Positions 50,041 through 63,067 of a stretch of 64,000 nucleotides of DNA are shown here, piece after piece. The first letter of the stretch is position 1. Every line of letters begins with the position of its first letter. A program made the translations under genes and the position numbers. The stretch is from Neoechinorhynchus agilis (taxonomy: Eukaryota; Animalia; Acanthocephala), in assembly GCA_051530055.1 (NCBI GenBank), contig CM121342.1, forward strand, positions 2,576,797 through 2,640,796, in the 5' to 3' direction. Below the pieces are notes generated by a model that saw only the letters and a list, made by a program, of their open reading frames with translations, was not told the origin of the DNA and did no database searches.

Positions 50041-51249
50041 GCCTAAGACACACCGGCCGATGTACTGTTTGGAGAGTCCTGTCCTTCTTTTTATATATCG
50101 TGAACTCCCTATCCTTATCAGTCTATTTGAACCGAGCTTCCATTTTTGAGTAGGAATATTCTAAGTAGTTTGACGGATGAGGAATGGTGTAAAGTCCTGA
50201 TGCTGGAGATCGATAACATGGCCGAGATTGAAACCAAGAAAATAAAAGTCAGACATACTAAAAAGCTTCTTAAACCCACTGATGGCCATATTTTACATTC
50301 CGTCAGATAATAAGAAATATTTGATCAATCACTACCTGAAGAAGTGTTGGAACTATTGCCATTTAGTCCTGAGTTTATTCTGACCACAAGAATTAGAGCC
50401 TGCAGTTCAGGGTACTCAGATTCGTGCGCGGAGGGGACGATGGAGGCCATAATGATACAAAAACCGATACGTTTGTGGGCAACAAAGCGGGTTACACACT
50501 CAATCTACGGATACCAACGGATAGACGAAATTGAGTGCTTCTCGAGTGCATGTTAGATAGACTGAAGAAAGCCTACGCGAAGGCCGAAAATTATCAAATG
50601 AATTATCATAATTCGCTATAAAAAGTAAATGATGAGCTGAGTCTTATGACGTAAGCAAAGTTTATTTGTTGAATGGCTATGATTAGTACAAAGCTATGAA
50701 GGTCATGTTGGTTACATCATGAAAAGCTCTCTGAACTAGCAGAGAAGCTTGGGGTAGTAATTATGACTTAAGCGCAATCGGGCAAAATGAGTTTTATCGA
50801 CACGTTTTTTCGAAAACTGATCCAAAATGTCGAGTCTTGTGACGTAAGCAACATCCACATTAAGTTGATAAAATAACTTATATGGAGGGACTCAAAGTTT
50901 CGGGGGTCGCTCACGGTCAAAGAACCATAATGATCGTCCCATTATTGTTTTCAGTGAGCGATATAAAATTGGTGAGACAGCCAGGAGGTGTCTAGAACGT
51001 GTAATAAAACATTTGATTCTGTTAGAAGTACTATTCAAGAAAGATAACAAAATCTGCTATTTTTACAGTAAAAAATAGATACCTAAAATTCTGGTTTGTC
51101 ATTAGATTTTAAAATGTTTAAGAATTGTGTCAGAAATTATTCAACTGATTAGTGATGTTATTGTTGTATAGGATTTTGTAAACGAATGATATCAGTATTA
51201 TTAAGATAATTTGTTTAAAAATATATATCATTACTAATAAAAATAGTTT

Positions 51250-51470
51250 TGCTGAACGAAGTGATCCCCGCGGAATTCCACATTTGGAGTAAACACCTCT
51301 CTCTAATCTTTCAAAAGCACTCAAAGCGTTTTCATTCTCTTCCTCCTCAATTTCTACCACACATTTCTCCTTTTACTCACACTTACAACACTCGTCACCC
51401 CAACATTTTCCACCCTTCAGTTCCTGGCACAAATCTCTACCTTCGCTGCTTCTTGCCAACCGCTCAATCC
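51250..51470 (+). mobile_element. 3' end remnant of a CR1/L2-type LINE ORF2
   Basis: THTYNTRHPNIFHPSVPGTNLYLRCFLP resembles the HxYNTR...P..RTN.Y..SFFP C-terminal motif; C-rich. Confidence 0.5.
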
Positions 51471-52244
51471 CCCAAATGCGAATTGATTCGGCGGAAAGAG
51501 TGGAAAACAAAATAACAACTTAACCGACCAAAAACAATTTTACGAACCATAGTCAACTTACTTATAATTTTTCTTTTAATAAATAAAACGTGTTTATATG
51601 TCGATATTAACAATTTGAATTGAAAATATATCAGTGTTGATGGAAAAAAGGTGTTTAGGATTATTTGTATTTCTTGTAAAGAATTGTAACCCACCTGAAT
51701 AACCAATACGTGAGTATGTGAGGGTGATTCAATAATAGTTAAGAACTGGTCCCCTGAAAAGATAATACGTAAAAGTACGACTCTGAAATACCCTGTAAGA
51801 GGTACAATGGCATGCGAATTGCTCACGAATGTTGAGAAGCCGAAATTGGGAATCGTATTATTTATCGGGAAGTTTATTTCGATTTTTTAATTCCAGCATA
51901 TTCATAAGGCGAGACTGGTGAATAGTTGCGAGCCTTCATTCCAGGATAAAACCTTTTTCGTCTTGCCAAAATCAGGGGAAATGTTCTTAGGAACCTCAAA
52001 TTGGTTACGACTGGAGACCGCGTGGGTCCAAGTTGACAATTTGAGGCTGCTGAGTTGTTTAATTGTTAAGTAATCTAGCCGAGGATGCTTTTTAGCAAAT
52101 GCGCCCCTTTAATTGTGTTATTTGCTAGGGGTCTTGACGCATTTTTAGTGAAGGGATGCAAAATCCATACGACTGTTATTATAATTTAAATAAACCTACG
52201 GGTGAAAGGATTTCCAACCGATATAAGTAAAATCCATTAAAGAT

Positions 52245-52590
52245 TCACGGAGCAGCCACGCGGGGCATAATGACCCCAACAGCTACATCTCTGACAAAAT
52301 AGTCATTTCGTAATGAAAGATGGTTTCCCGAAGTTTCGAAAAGGTTAGCTAGTGATATTTTATTCCAACCGCGACGCAGAGTTGAAGAGTTAAAATTTGC
52401 ATAGGGTTGTAGGGAGTAAGGAAGCGCCAAATATTTTATTGGTCGGAACCCGTATTCGTGGAAGATGTTCTTAAAATCCCCCTCGGTAAGTTTCTGCGGA
52501 ACATTGAACATTAGGAACGTCAATCTTCGTGATAAATCAGTAAACGTTATTTTAATACTACTAAATTCCTTTCCTTTACGGTCAGAAATC
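52245..52590 (-). CDS. Possible exon of an RRM-like protein, divergent from trehalase
   Basis: Open frame with LMFNVPQKLTEGDFKNIFHEYG, resembling RNP2 plus helix 1. The rest of the gene is not resolved. Confidence 0.25.
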
Positions 52591-52864
52591 AGCCTATTTT
52601 AATCCTTCAACACCAATTCATTTTCTAGCCTAATATTTCGGTGACACCATTTACAACTCGTTAGTTTATAAAATCAAGTGAGGAGTAAAGTGCGTCAAGA
52701 TTTTACGACTTAAAAACCTTTCTAAAGAGCGCATTGAGTTACTCATCGAGAGTTTTACCTGTGCAAAACTACAACACTCAATTCTTTTTAACTAGCCCTC
52801 GACAAAAAACCAAAGACTATTCTTATAAGAGTACCTCACCATCTGAGGCTTCAGCGACAAGACA

Positions 52865-55116
52865 ATGTACCAAGGATTTTATTCGACAATATTCATCATT
52901 CTCGCAACAATCATGGCACCGACACTTTGCGAACCGCCGTGCACGGCTCCATTTTACTGCAATGGAACGTATTTGAGGCTGATCGGAGATGCAAATATTT
53001 ATACAGATTCGAAATCAATCGTTGACCTGGTAATGAAATTTGATTGGGATGTGATGGAAGCCAACTTCACAAAGGAACTTATAAATGCCGGTAATAATAG
53101 TGCAAAAGTAAAGACGGTTGTGAGTAAATATTTCAGTGATCCTGGCAGTGAATTAAAAGAGGTTATTCCATCAGATTGGCAAGAACACTTACAATATATT
53201 GATGAAGAGATTGAGGATGACAAGTACCGGAATTTCGCTCATCACCTTAATCGACTGTGGAAATTGTTATGCAGAGAACAGGTTGAAAATCTAAATTTAG
53301 ACCGAACATCATTTCTGCCAATGAAATATCCAAACCTCGTTCCCGGGGGTAGGTTCCGGGAAGTTTACTATTGGGATTCATATTGGACGGCAAAAGGTGC
53401 GTTGCGCTGCGGAATGACCGACACCGTAAAGGATATGATTTTAAATATGTTCGATAGTGTTATTAAATATGGATTTGTTCCTAATGGTGGGCGAGTTTAT
53501 TACACAACTCGATCGCAGCCACCAGTACTTACATTAATGGTCGATGATTACTACGAAAAGACAAAAGATAAAGAATTTATTCGAAATTCCATCGTGGTTT
53601 TAGAGATGGAATTCGATTTCTGGGTGCGGAACCGGACGGTGAAAATAGATGGCCAGCCGGATGATATTCTCCTGTTTCAATATCGGACAAATATTACAAG
53701 TGAGCGCCCTGAATCTTTCAAAGAGGATCTCAAAACAGCGAACGAAGCCGAAGAGAAAATGAATAGAAGTAGAGAACAAGTATTTATCGACATTTCATCG
53801 GCTGCGGAGAGCGGCTGGGATTTCAGCTCTAAGTATTGGTACTTAAAGAGGTTGCTCATTCGTTCTCATAATCCAAAGCTTGAGCTTTAAAGAAACCTCT
53901 TTACAAGCAGACGAACGAATTTGTTGTTCTGTTTGTTCTTTAGGATTTTCGCATTTACCCTTCCTAAGACTATATTTTGCGAGACATTGGACCATTTAAT
54001 AGTCTGGAATGAGTAGTTTAAATTTATCCAAAAGTACAAACTCCTTCGTTTGAAACTTTTGCATAGTAAGAAATACTTTCGAAATGGCAATGATATTCAT
54101 TAATCGCCTTGAAACAAATTCAGCGGACTTGAATTTTCATTGGTTCATTTTGAGTCTTAGCTTTTCGGAACAGTAAAGTCCAAACAAATCTTCTGATTTT
54201 CTATTCGCTCTTAAATCCATTTAAGTACCAATACAATCGTTGGCTGGCATACACCGGACCACACTCCAGAGCATTGTATAGTATTCGTACAACCCGGATT
54301 ATTCCAGTTTGCCTCAATAGTATTCTTTTCCTTGTGGCGGATAAATTGTCCAGATTTGAATTATTGCTAAATAGGACGGACAAGGTTCAATATTTTAATA
54401 ATCAAAAGGAACGAATTCGAATGGGTTTAACAAAATACATGTGGGATCCAGTCGATCTTCAATGGTATGACTTTGATTTAGACTTTAACGCTACTCACAA
54501 AACCTTCTATGTGTCAAATTTCTATCCATTGTGGGCAAAGAGCCATTCATTAACCGACGACGAACTGTACAATGTCGTGAAACGGCTTGAGGACCTCGAC
54601 GTATTGTCGTTTCCAAGCGGCTTTCCAACTTCATTGGTCACAAGCCTTGAACAATGGGACCTCCCAAATGCCTGGGCACCCTTGCAGGACATTATAATCC
54701 AAGGATTGATTAATGCCAAGCGTGGAAATTCCACCGGGTTAGCCTTTCACTTGTTAGAAAGATGGATCGCAAACAATTATCAAACATTCAAATCAACTTC
54801 GAATATGTACGAAAAGTACAGTGCCGTAACTCCCGGATACCCTGGAGAGGGTGGCGAATACGAAGTCCAAGTTGGTTTTGGATGGACTAATGGGGTGGCG
54901 CTTAACTATTTATTCGACTTTGGTAACCTTCTGGTCATTAAGTCACCGTTTGAATACAAGACGACCACAATAGTCCTTGGTGTAGTTTCTGGACTTCTCG
55001 GCATTTTTAGTGCAATTTTGTCTATATTTTACGTGAAGAAGAGACGTGCTGTGAAGAATTTTGGACGCAATTCACAAGAGGAATCTGGTATAAGTTTGAG
55101 AACATCAGACTCATAA
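52865..55116 (+). CDS. TREH: Membrane-bound trehalase (GH37), interrupted at 53833-54234; intactness uncertain
   Basis: Signal peptide, DSKSIVD, VPGGRFREVYYWDSYW, GFVPNGGRVYYTTRSQPP, PESFKED, SAAESGWDFS, IIPVCLNS, QWDLPNAWAPLQ, MYEKY, GEGGEYEVQVGFGWTNG, and a C-terminal TM helix followed by KKRR. Confidence 0.92.
53833..54234. mobile_element. 402-bp MITE-like insertion with perfect 15-bp TIRs and an apparent AA target duplication
   Basis: Left end GTATTGGTACTTAAA (53833-53847) is the exact reverse complement of TTTAAGTACCAATAC (54220-54234). AA flanks both sides; removing the element plus one AA restores TCT AAT CGT TGG in frame. Confidence 0.8.
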
Positions 55117-55282
55117 TATATTGATACTGCACGAAATTGTTTTTGCCCATCTATTATGCGAAGATCGTGATTGACTAAGGATACAATTATCTTCTATAAA
55201 GTTACAATTTGATGACTCATTTTAAGAGAAAATTGATATCTTAATAAAACAATCAAGATAGAAAAATTCGCAACAAGTTCAA

Positions 55283-55400
55283 AATATCGATATGTGAGGT
55301 ACCGGGCTACGTGATAAGAATTATTGTTTAGTTCTCAACCAAACTGATGATGAGCCCGACGAGGTTCGAGACGTTGGGTGACGACCTAAACAATAATCCT
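55283..55400 (+). ncRNA. Minimal hammerhead motif, copy c (GAAA mutated to GAGA) within a dispersed repeat
   Basis: CTGATGA-T-GAGCCCGACGAGGTTC-GAGA-CGTT at 55344-55375, then GACCTAAACAATAAT. The upstream ATCGATATGTGAGGTACCG-type segment is shared with copy b. Confidence 0.45.
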
Positions 55401-56127
55401 AAGTTTTCACAATCGTAGGTGCTTCCGAACATTGTCAATATCTTTTTATAGCATTTTGAAATTTGTAGAAAATATCCAATTTAAACTTTAGGAATGGAAC
55501 AACTCCTTCTTGGATTTAACATTGATAAATATTTTGACTTCTTCAATAAGATCCAATAGTCTTGTCAGTACTTTCGATTTCCTCAGCTTGCGTACTTCTG
55601 ATCGCGGAACAAAATCACTATAAATGGTATTGTATTTTTAGCGGATTCAAACTCAGAATTTAGTTTTCGGAAAGGTCTTTAACCAGAGGATTTGAAAAAC
55701 TTAAAAAAATCCGTGAACTCTGGCGGCCATTTTAAATCAGTCCGCAAGATGGAAAATGGTAGTTCAGAAGATTAAAATAACGAGAGATGAATTAAAAATT
55801 ATTTAGAAGTATCAATGCCTACTGAAAATTCTCTGAGTCAGCTTTAACAATTTAATTTCGTACAAATAAAGTCGATTTCCTCTCGACTTTCATTATCTTA
55901 AGCATAAATATTAATATTTGCTGCATAAATAAGCTTGGTTCAAAGTAAATACATGCCAAGATGTCTGCTTTTACTTGCCGGATTTTAATGAAAACTGAGA
56001 CTGTTCCAATGCCTACTTCACTTTCAATAGAATTATAAGTAAAACTTTAAAATTATTTTTAAAACAAAAGCACAAATTAAGCATTTATAACGTTTTTAAT
56101 ACGACCATAATCGTCGGCTTTTCAACA

Positions 56128-57855
56128 TTATCTTCTACTGTAAAAACTCCGCGGTTTACTGAAGTTTTTACTTCTATTTCGGCTCTGTTCCGTATTGCGA
56201 TTATAGTAAACGTCTTGTCGGTCTTCCTGGTAATTCCGTGCTCGATAATCTCGCTCGTACATTCGATCATTGCGATTTGAATGCTGCCGGTTCATCGGGA
56301 ACTGCCTCATGTTATAATGTTGTTGTCTCGTTGTAGAGTCCTGCCAACGTGACCTTCGTTCGCCATTATCCCTAGAGTTGAAATTTAATCTACCATCATG
56401 TTGATGTCTATTATTATCATTTTGTCGATGATTAGAGTATTGATTTCTAGGATGAACTTGGTCCAGTTGTCTCTGGTTCTGAAATCTCGGCCTTGAAGAT
56501 TCACTTCGCTCGCCAAATCGATCTGCAGAGAATTGATTGCGATTAGAGCTCGGTCGATGAACTGTTCTGCTTCGTGGAGTATCTAATCGTTCCGTCTCAT
56601 TTTTCACTTCGGTTCTTTGTTGACCTTGCGAATCTTGACAATGCACCGACGGTGGCCTGTATTCAGCAGATTGTTGAGAAACATTGGTTTTCTGGTTAGC
56701 CGGAATTTTCTGTTCAATTTGGTTCGATTTTGATTGATGATCCACATTTTTGTCATCATTTAAATTCTGTGTATCAACGGCATTATCAATTTGAGAATTT
56801 GATTTTTCGTCGCATTCATTTCGGCTCGGTTCAGTCTTGCGATTGCAGTAAACTTCTTGTCGGCCTTCCTGGTAATTCCGTGCTCGATAATCTCGCTCGT
56901 ACATTCGATCGTCGCGATTTGAATGCTGCCGGTTCATCGGGAACTGCCTCTGGTTATAATGTTGTTGTCTCGTTGTAGAGTCCTGCCAACGTGACCTTCG
57001 TTCCCCATTATCCCTTGGGTTATAATTTAATCTAATATTTTGCTGATGTCCATTATTGTCGTTTTGTCGATAATTCGAGTGTTGATTTCTAGAATGAACT
57101 TGATCCAGCGGTCTCTGGTTCTGAAATCTTGGTCCTAATGATTCACCTCGCTCACCCAATCGATCGGCAAAGAATTGATTGCGATTCGAGTTCGGTCGAT
57201 GAACTGTTCTGCTTCTTGGAGTATCTGATCTTTCCGTTTCATTTTTGGCATCCCTCCTTTGTTGGTTTTGCAGATCTCGACAATGCGCCGGCGGCGGCCT
57301 GTGTCCAACAAATTCATGAGAAAAATTGGTTTTCTGGTTAGCCGGAATTTCCTCCCCAATTTGGTTCGATTTTAATCGATGAACCATATTATTGTTATCA
57401 TTTGAAGTCTGTGTATCCGGTGCATTATCGATTTGGGGGTTGGACTTTTTGTTGCGTTCGCAGTCACTGCAATATTCGGACTCATCGGACCCATCGTTGC
57501 ACTCAACACAAACATCAACTGCCATAGTTACAGGACTATCGTTTTCATGTTTCTTGGTATCTTGTACCTCATTACTTCCATCAATTAGACAATTTTTATT
57601 TCGCTCAATATCGCGATTTCGGTCAGAATAAAGTCCCAGCTCTCTCTCCGTTTCGGAACGAATTATTGTATTAGCTGAACTTATTCTTACACCATCCGAA
57701 TCGTTTCCTTTTGTTGATTTCTCGGAGCTCTCATTAATGATTTCTGGTTGACCAACGAGCTCCTGCGTCCACGTACCATCTGGTAATTGGTAACTTGGGA
57801 TGTGAAATGTGCCGGTTTCTGGATCGAACACTACTTCAGGTAATCTATTTGACAT
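56128..57855 (-). CDS. Gene B copy 3 (575 aa)
   Basis: Intact ORF; differs from copy 2 at only a few residues (e.g. TNFSH/TNVSH, KNVD/KNAD, RTEV/RTDV). Confidence 0.8.
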   Translation of the reverse strand: MSNRLPEVVFDPETGTFHIPSYQLPDGTWTQELVGQPEIINESSEKSTKGNDSDGVRISSANTIIRSETERELGLYSDRNRDIERNKNCLIDGSNEVQDTKKHENDSPVTMAVDVCVECNDGSDESEYCSDCERNKKSNPQIDNAPDTQTSNDNNNMVHRLKSNQIGEEIPANQKTNFSHEFVGHRPPPAHCRDLQNQQRRDAKNETERSDTPRSRTVHRPNSNRNQFFADRLGERGESLGPRFQNQRPLDQVHSRNQHSNYRQNDNNGHQQNIRLNYNPRDNGERRSRWQDSTTRQQHYNQRQFPMNRQHSNRDDRMYERDYRARNYQEGRQEVYCNRKTEPSRNECDEKSNSQIDNAVDTQNLNDDKNVDHQSKSNQIEQKIPANQKTNVSQQSAEYRPPSVHCQDSQGQQRTEVKNETERLDTPRSRTVHRPSSNRNQFSADRFGERSESSRPRFQNQRQLDQVHPRNQYSNHRQNDNNRHQHDGRLNFNSRDNGERRSRWQDSTTRQQHYNMRQFPMNRQHSNRNDRMYERDYRARNYQEDRQDVYYNRNTEQSRNRSKNFSKPRSFYSRR

Positions 57856-59902
57856 TCTAAAAATGGAATGTTATTAAATAACCGGTCATTGTATAAGTAA
57901 ACTCTTTCAGCAGCGACGAGAAAAATTATTGAAATTAAGTGATTGTATCCCTTAATTAATTTTTTCTATAGTGCTTTTGTGGAAAATGCGCTAATTACGG
58001 AAACCTAATTAAAATTTTAATCAAGCTAAATAAAGTAAATTTTAAAAAGCAGGAGTTTCGTTCAAGTTCTATTGTTTCTGAGACCAACTTCCGGTCATTG
58101 ATTTAGTTCTAAATAATTAAAATAGACTTTTTTGATGAACTTATGTCAATTTTTTCTATAGAGAACAAATTTCTATACATGAAGAAATTGCAGCCTTCAG
58201 GACACTACCAAAAACGCGATTAAGGTAAAAAGATAAAATGCGGAAATTTTAGCACTTGAAATAATTTTTGTCGTGCTCGTTTTATCAAAATTGTTTTCCT
58301 GTATGTCGATAACATTACTTACGTTTTAAGTATTTCAGGTAATTTTAAATAGTTGAATGTTCCCTTGGTTTGTAGATGTAATAATTTTTATCAAGAGATT
58401 TCAGAAGTTCGTTTTCGAGTGATAGCAGTAACTTATTGAAAACTCTCTCGATAGAAGCTGCGTTGGGTTTTTATCTGCTGTCAAAAGAGCGATGCAGGTC
58501 AAATGCTAAAGGGGCGTTTGTTGTATTTCGTTATTAAAAGCTGATAAAATCAACCAATGAGCGCACGAGCGGTTTGCTTTGCTTTTATCTACATTTCTAT
58601 TTGTATAATCAAGAAACTTGCGTGCTGGTAATTATTTTATTGTCAATAGAGATGTTCAGCAGTACAGTTTAAAGCAATCAATACGTTTATTTTATTCTTT
58701 GGCTGATGTTACGGCTAAAAAGACTGGTAAATCTGTTATTTTTTATTGAAAGTTTCATAGTCGCGAATGAATTTTGATTCAAAGTCCCGTTATTTACAGG
58801 GAAATAAATGTAATAACTACGGATGAGAGCGTTATGATCAAATATTTGTTGAATTCTAATACGGTCTAATGGTTTTCACTTTCATCCATTGTCCATAAAT
58901 TTCGCATCAGGCTGTAAGATCGATCATTAGAAGATCACATTATCGTCCATTGCTAAGAAGAAGACTTCGGTCATTTTTTGACTTTGTAGAAAATTCTCCT
59001 TAAATCTATCGACCGTATTTTTTAAAGAAATAAGATATGTCGACGAAAAGTGGTGATATATTTGACTGTATAAATTTCCTTAACATAACGAGGCAATGCT
59101 GCTAGCGTGATAGCGACAGCCGAGTACGGAGAGAAGTTGCAATTTTGCGGACGGTGGTGATTGCACGTTTTGTCCTTTATTATTGTAAAACTTATTGTTA
59201 AATTTCCTTAATGCTGAATCGTACTTGATTAATATCATTCAATTTTAATCAAGGTTCTCTAAAAAACAATTGTTTTTTTGTCATTATCGGACTTTACATC
59301 GTTGTCGAAAACTAACTGTTAGTGAACTTTTCAAACTTTCTGCGCTTGCTTTCTTCTCAAAAATATGAATTTTGGACGCATTATCCTTTTTTTTATTTTC
59401 TAAACTTATTGTTAGTCGTCGTATGCGTTTTTGAAGAACTTCGGAATCGTTTTTAGATTCTAATAATCAAGAAATAAGCGTTTACGTTTTCGTTTTCAAT
59501 TTTTTTGCCAGTTCAAACCTTAAAATAATTATGTTCTTTGCGTAACATTCAGGCGCATCGCATTTGGCTAATTTCAAAGCGAGAATCGATGTTTTATTTT
59601 TTAATGCTGAATAAGTTAAGCGTAAATACGGACCGCTATGCCAAATTCGACGTTTCGGGTATTATGGACTTTTTCTTCTCATTTCCACCAGCAAATAAAA
59701 TAGAACAACAGTGCAATATTCTTCGTCCAAAATTAATAGTGAAATCTTTTGAACTAGACAAATAATTTATTGCTTGCGGTTTATTATCGTTATGTTTGTT
59801 TATGGTGGAAATTGTGAAGGAGTTTTATTAAATCCCATAAAAGGAGCTCCGTTCAAAGTCCTAGATTTTTGTATGTACACGAAGAAAGCTGAATCATTAA
59901 GC

Positions 59903-60729
59903 TCAATGGTGAAGAAACGAGATGAATATGAAAGCTAACAGAATTACCCTCACCGAATGTTTGCCAACCAAACAAATTTGAAAGAAGAACCAAAGAACGC
60001 AAATAAGCTCTAACGAGAAGCACCAATGCCAGTTCCGTGATACTGAACCATTTTGAGCAATAAGGCAAGGTGCCAAGGCTGTTGGCGTCTTGGAAGCTTC
60101 AGTCGTAATTTCCATTTTCTCGATTGGTACATCGGTCGTTCTTAAAGATTCGGTAGTTGTTATTTTTGTAAGCTCTAGCGCGGTCGTTTTAATTGACTCA
60201 AAATCGAAATTTGGATTCGTCGTTCTGTGGTCGTCAAATAAAACCTTTGGTTTCACATCGGCGCCTTTGAGTATCGATTTATGCTCTATTCCCTCAGTCT
60301 TCGGCTGAGCAGGAATCCCAGTAATGCTCAACCCTTTGACTATATTCTTTGTGTTTTTTCTGGCTACAAGTGAGCATCGTGTTTTTCTGAGACGGCCTGA
60401 GATGGCAATGTTTGTGCTTCATATCCCTTGTAACTTTTATTCCACCTTGATTGATAATTTTGATTCCACCAGTTATTTCCACATGGATTTGTACCGAAAT
60501 CGTACGGCGGAGAGTTTATCAATGCTGCACTTGGAGACGCCGAACTCATTACTTTTTTGGCCAAAGATGTAGAATCGCCAGTTGAGCTTTTCATCTCGAT
60601 TGCTTCGGTTCCTAGCAAAGATCCTACTTTAATTCGCGATTCCATTCCAGGTATTGATTCACCAGACGAAGCGATCGGATAATTTTCAGTGGTCAATGGT
60701 CGATTGACTGCAATCTGTGGATACTTCTC
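59903..60729 (-). pseudogene. Gene A copy 3; 59-bp extra segment (60337-60395) and a stop 2 codons early
   Basis: ORFs 60364-60696 and 59903-60331 are in different frames; the ending is FLHH* vs FLHHGT* in the other copies. Confidence 0.45.
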
Positions 60730-62112
60730 GAGGAGAAATGTAACTAAAATCTTTTAAGATAACACGATGGTCTTCGTGTGTGAGCGTTTTTAATGTCTTG
60801 AACGACATCAGCAAACAACATTTCTAAGTCGCTTTTGTTACGATTTGCGTTTTTTAAAATAGAATTTTAATTTTACTTTAAACAAGCCCTATACATACAT
60901 TAAAACAAAATTCACACACATCGTCCTTTTTCTAACACATTTTATCAGAATTTCCGTAAGCGTTGATCAAGGCAGAAGAGCAAGACTAAATGTTGGTATA
61001 ATATCAAATCTCTCAGTGTTTCTCTGCTGTCTTTAGAAATATTTTAAGAGGGATCCAGTGCAATTAGGCTAAGAATCAAGCGCGAGACTTTTCAACGGTG
61101 TTAAGGTGGGGATAAAAATAAACTAGTTAATGCGCCGTGTGACGGTTCAGCGCACAATCCTATAGAGATAAATAAAATCAGCTCGTCAGTCAAAAACATT
61201 CGCGTTTTCAACTTGATGTTAGTCATTTTCTAAAAAAAATCCAGTTTAAAAATCGTATGTGCTTCCGAACATTGTCAATATGTTTCTATAGCATTTTGAT
61301 ATTTGTGGAAAAATCCAATTTCAACTTTTCTAATGGTTTCAAAACTCCAGCAAAACAATAGCAAATCCGGCAGTGCACAAGACGAATTCATATTTCCGAG
61401 TTGCAATTATTGCCGAAAATGGGGAATGCACTGATTTCACACAAACCGATCACTCGGCGAATAAATGCCCCAACAAAGATTTGCACGCTCTTTAACAATG
61501 TGTTCAAGCTTCCTGACCTTCTTGCTTCAGGTGCTCAAATGCAAAAAATCAAAAAACGTGTTCTGCCAACAAAAGGCCCACAAAGGAGGACATGAGACAC
61601 ACGGAAATCAAGAAGCTTAGAGATGTAGCGGCGGAGGACAACGATGACTATCGCATGGAAATCGAGGAATCGGGCAACGAGTTTGTTTCCGCTATCATCG
61701 CAACTCAAACAGATTTGATCAACAAAGGCACGGCGGATCTAATCAAGAATGCCTCGGCCAGGAAACACTGATGTCTCCTTTCAGATATTGGCGGGGAATA
61801 TTTGGGTGTTGCAATGAAACTGTGGCGGGGCGACTAACCCCAGGAAGATTGCGCTTTTTCTATCCATAGTGTCTATAGTCCTTATTTAGGAAACGAACAG
61901 CATTTGCAATTTAGATTCTCGGTACTCTCATCTACGGATCAGGTAATTCAATGGAATACGTAGCTTTCGTGACCCAACCTGCTAATGTCGCGTCTCAAGG
62001 TATTGCTGCGTTTTCAAAGCCTCCCTCGATCCCGTACTGATCTCTTCCTTCACGCCTCGTGTAGTTGTAGCTAATAGGCTTGATCTGGATCCCGGAGATT
62101 TCATCAAGGTCC

Positions 62113-62473
62113 GCGCCGGTGAAATACCACTACCATCATTGTTTCTTTACTTACTCAGTGATTTAAGGTAGGGTTAATTCGCTATTTGCGATATATAATC
62201 CTTTTTTTTAGTGTCGAAGGAGTGTCTGGTCTTAAAACACAGATTGATTTGGAGTTTTACTGGGGCGGTACATCTGTTAAAACCTAACCCAGGTATCCCA
62301 ATACAATCTCAGCGTGGACAGAAACCTTGCATAGAGCGAAAGGGACGAATAAACACAATGAAAGTTTGGCTTGTCGATCCTTTTGAATTTTACGAGTTTT
62401 AAGCAAGAGGTGTCAGAATAATTACCACATGGATAACTGGCTTGTAGCGGCCAAGCGTCCACAGCGGCGTCGT

Positions 62474-62509
<36 letters not shown>

Positions 62510-63067
62510 GGATGCAAAAGTCCCATAGCGTTGGATTGTTCACCCATTAATAGGGAACGTGAGGAGGGTTTAGACCGTCGCGGGACAGATTAGTTTTACC
62601 CCACTGTTGAGCTGGTTGTTGTAATAACAATCTTGCTAAGTATGAGAGGAACCGCAGGTTTGGACATCAGGTACACGCACTCGGTCGAGAGGCCGATGGT
62701 GCGAAGCTCCCTTCGCAGGATTACGACTCTACCCCTCCAAGTCGTAAACCAAGTTAGGAGCAACAACACCAATGCGCAGTAGGCGGTCTGGATTTTTTAC
62801 AAATGCGAGAAAGAGCGACGTTTTCAACGCGGAAATTACGTCTCTTTTCGACGATTTATCCGCTACCGGCGACTATCATCTGCGCTCAGTGTCTACCTAT
62901 AAAATTAATTGACCAGCGTAGTTGGCAGCCGTGTTTAATATCTCGCTGTTCTTGTGCGTTAAATCATTTGCAGACGACTTAATTCTCGGTAAACGTGTCG
63001 TAAATAGTAGAGTAGCCACCAAACTGCGAACTATTGAGACTTATCGTTTTAACCGGGGGATTTGTGT
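62113..63067 (+). pseudogene. Second copy of the decayed 28S rRNA 3' fragment
   Basis: Near-identical to 49086-50040, with the same deletion and conserved-site substitutions. Confidence 0.92.

Larger units (their letters stand above)
42880..50973. repeat. Direct segmental duplication, copy 1 (near-identical to 55882-64000)
   Basis: The offset is 13002 bp at the left end and 13027 bp at the right end. Differences seen are scattered SNPs and small indels, including a 28-bp indel at ~60354-60381. Confidence 0.96.

Noticed and set aside
49184-50149. ORFs at 49184, 49250 and 49895 (and duplicates at 62211-63176)
   Set aside because: They overlap rRNA-derived sequence and are spurious.
50650-50900. 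Gypsy integrase HHCC remnant (EGHVG...VESCDV)
   Set aside because: It needs several frameshifts and the second Cys is missing; too weak to call.
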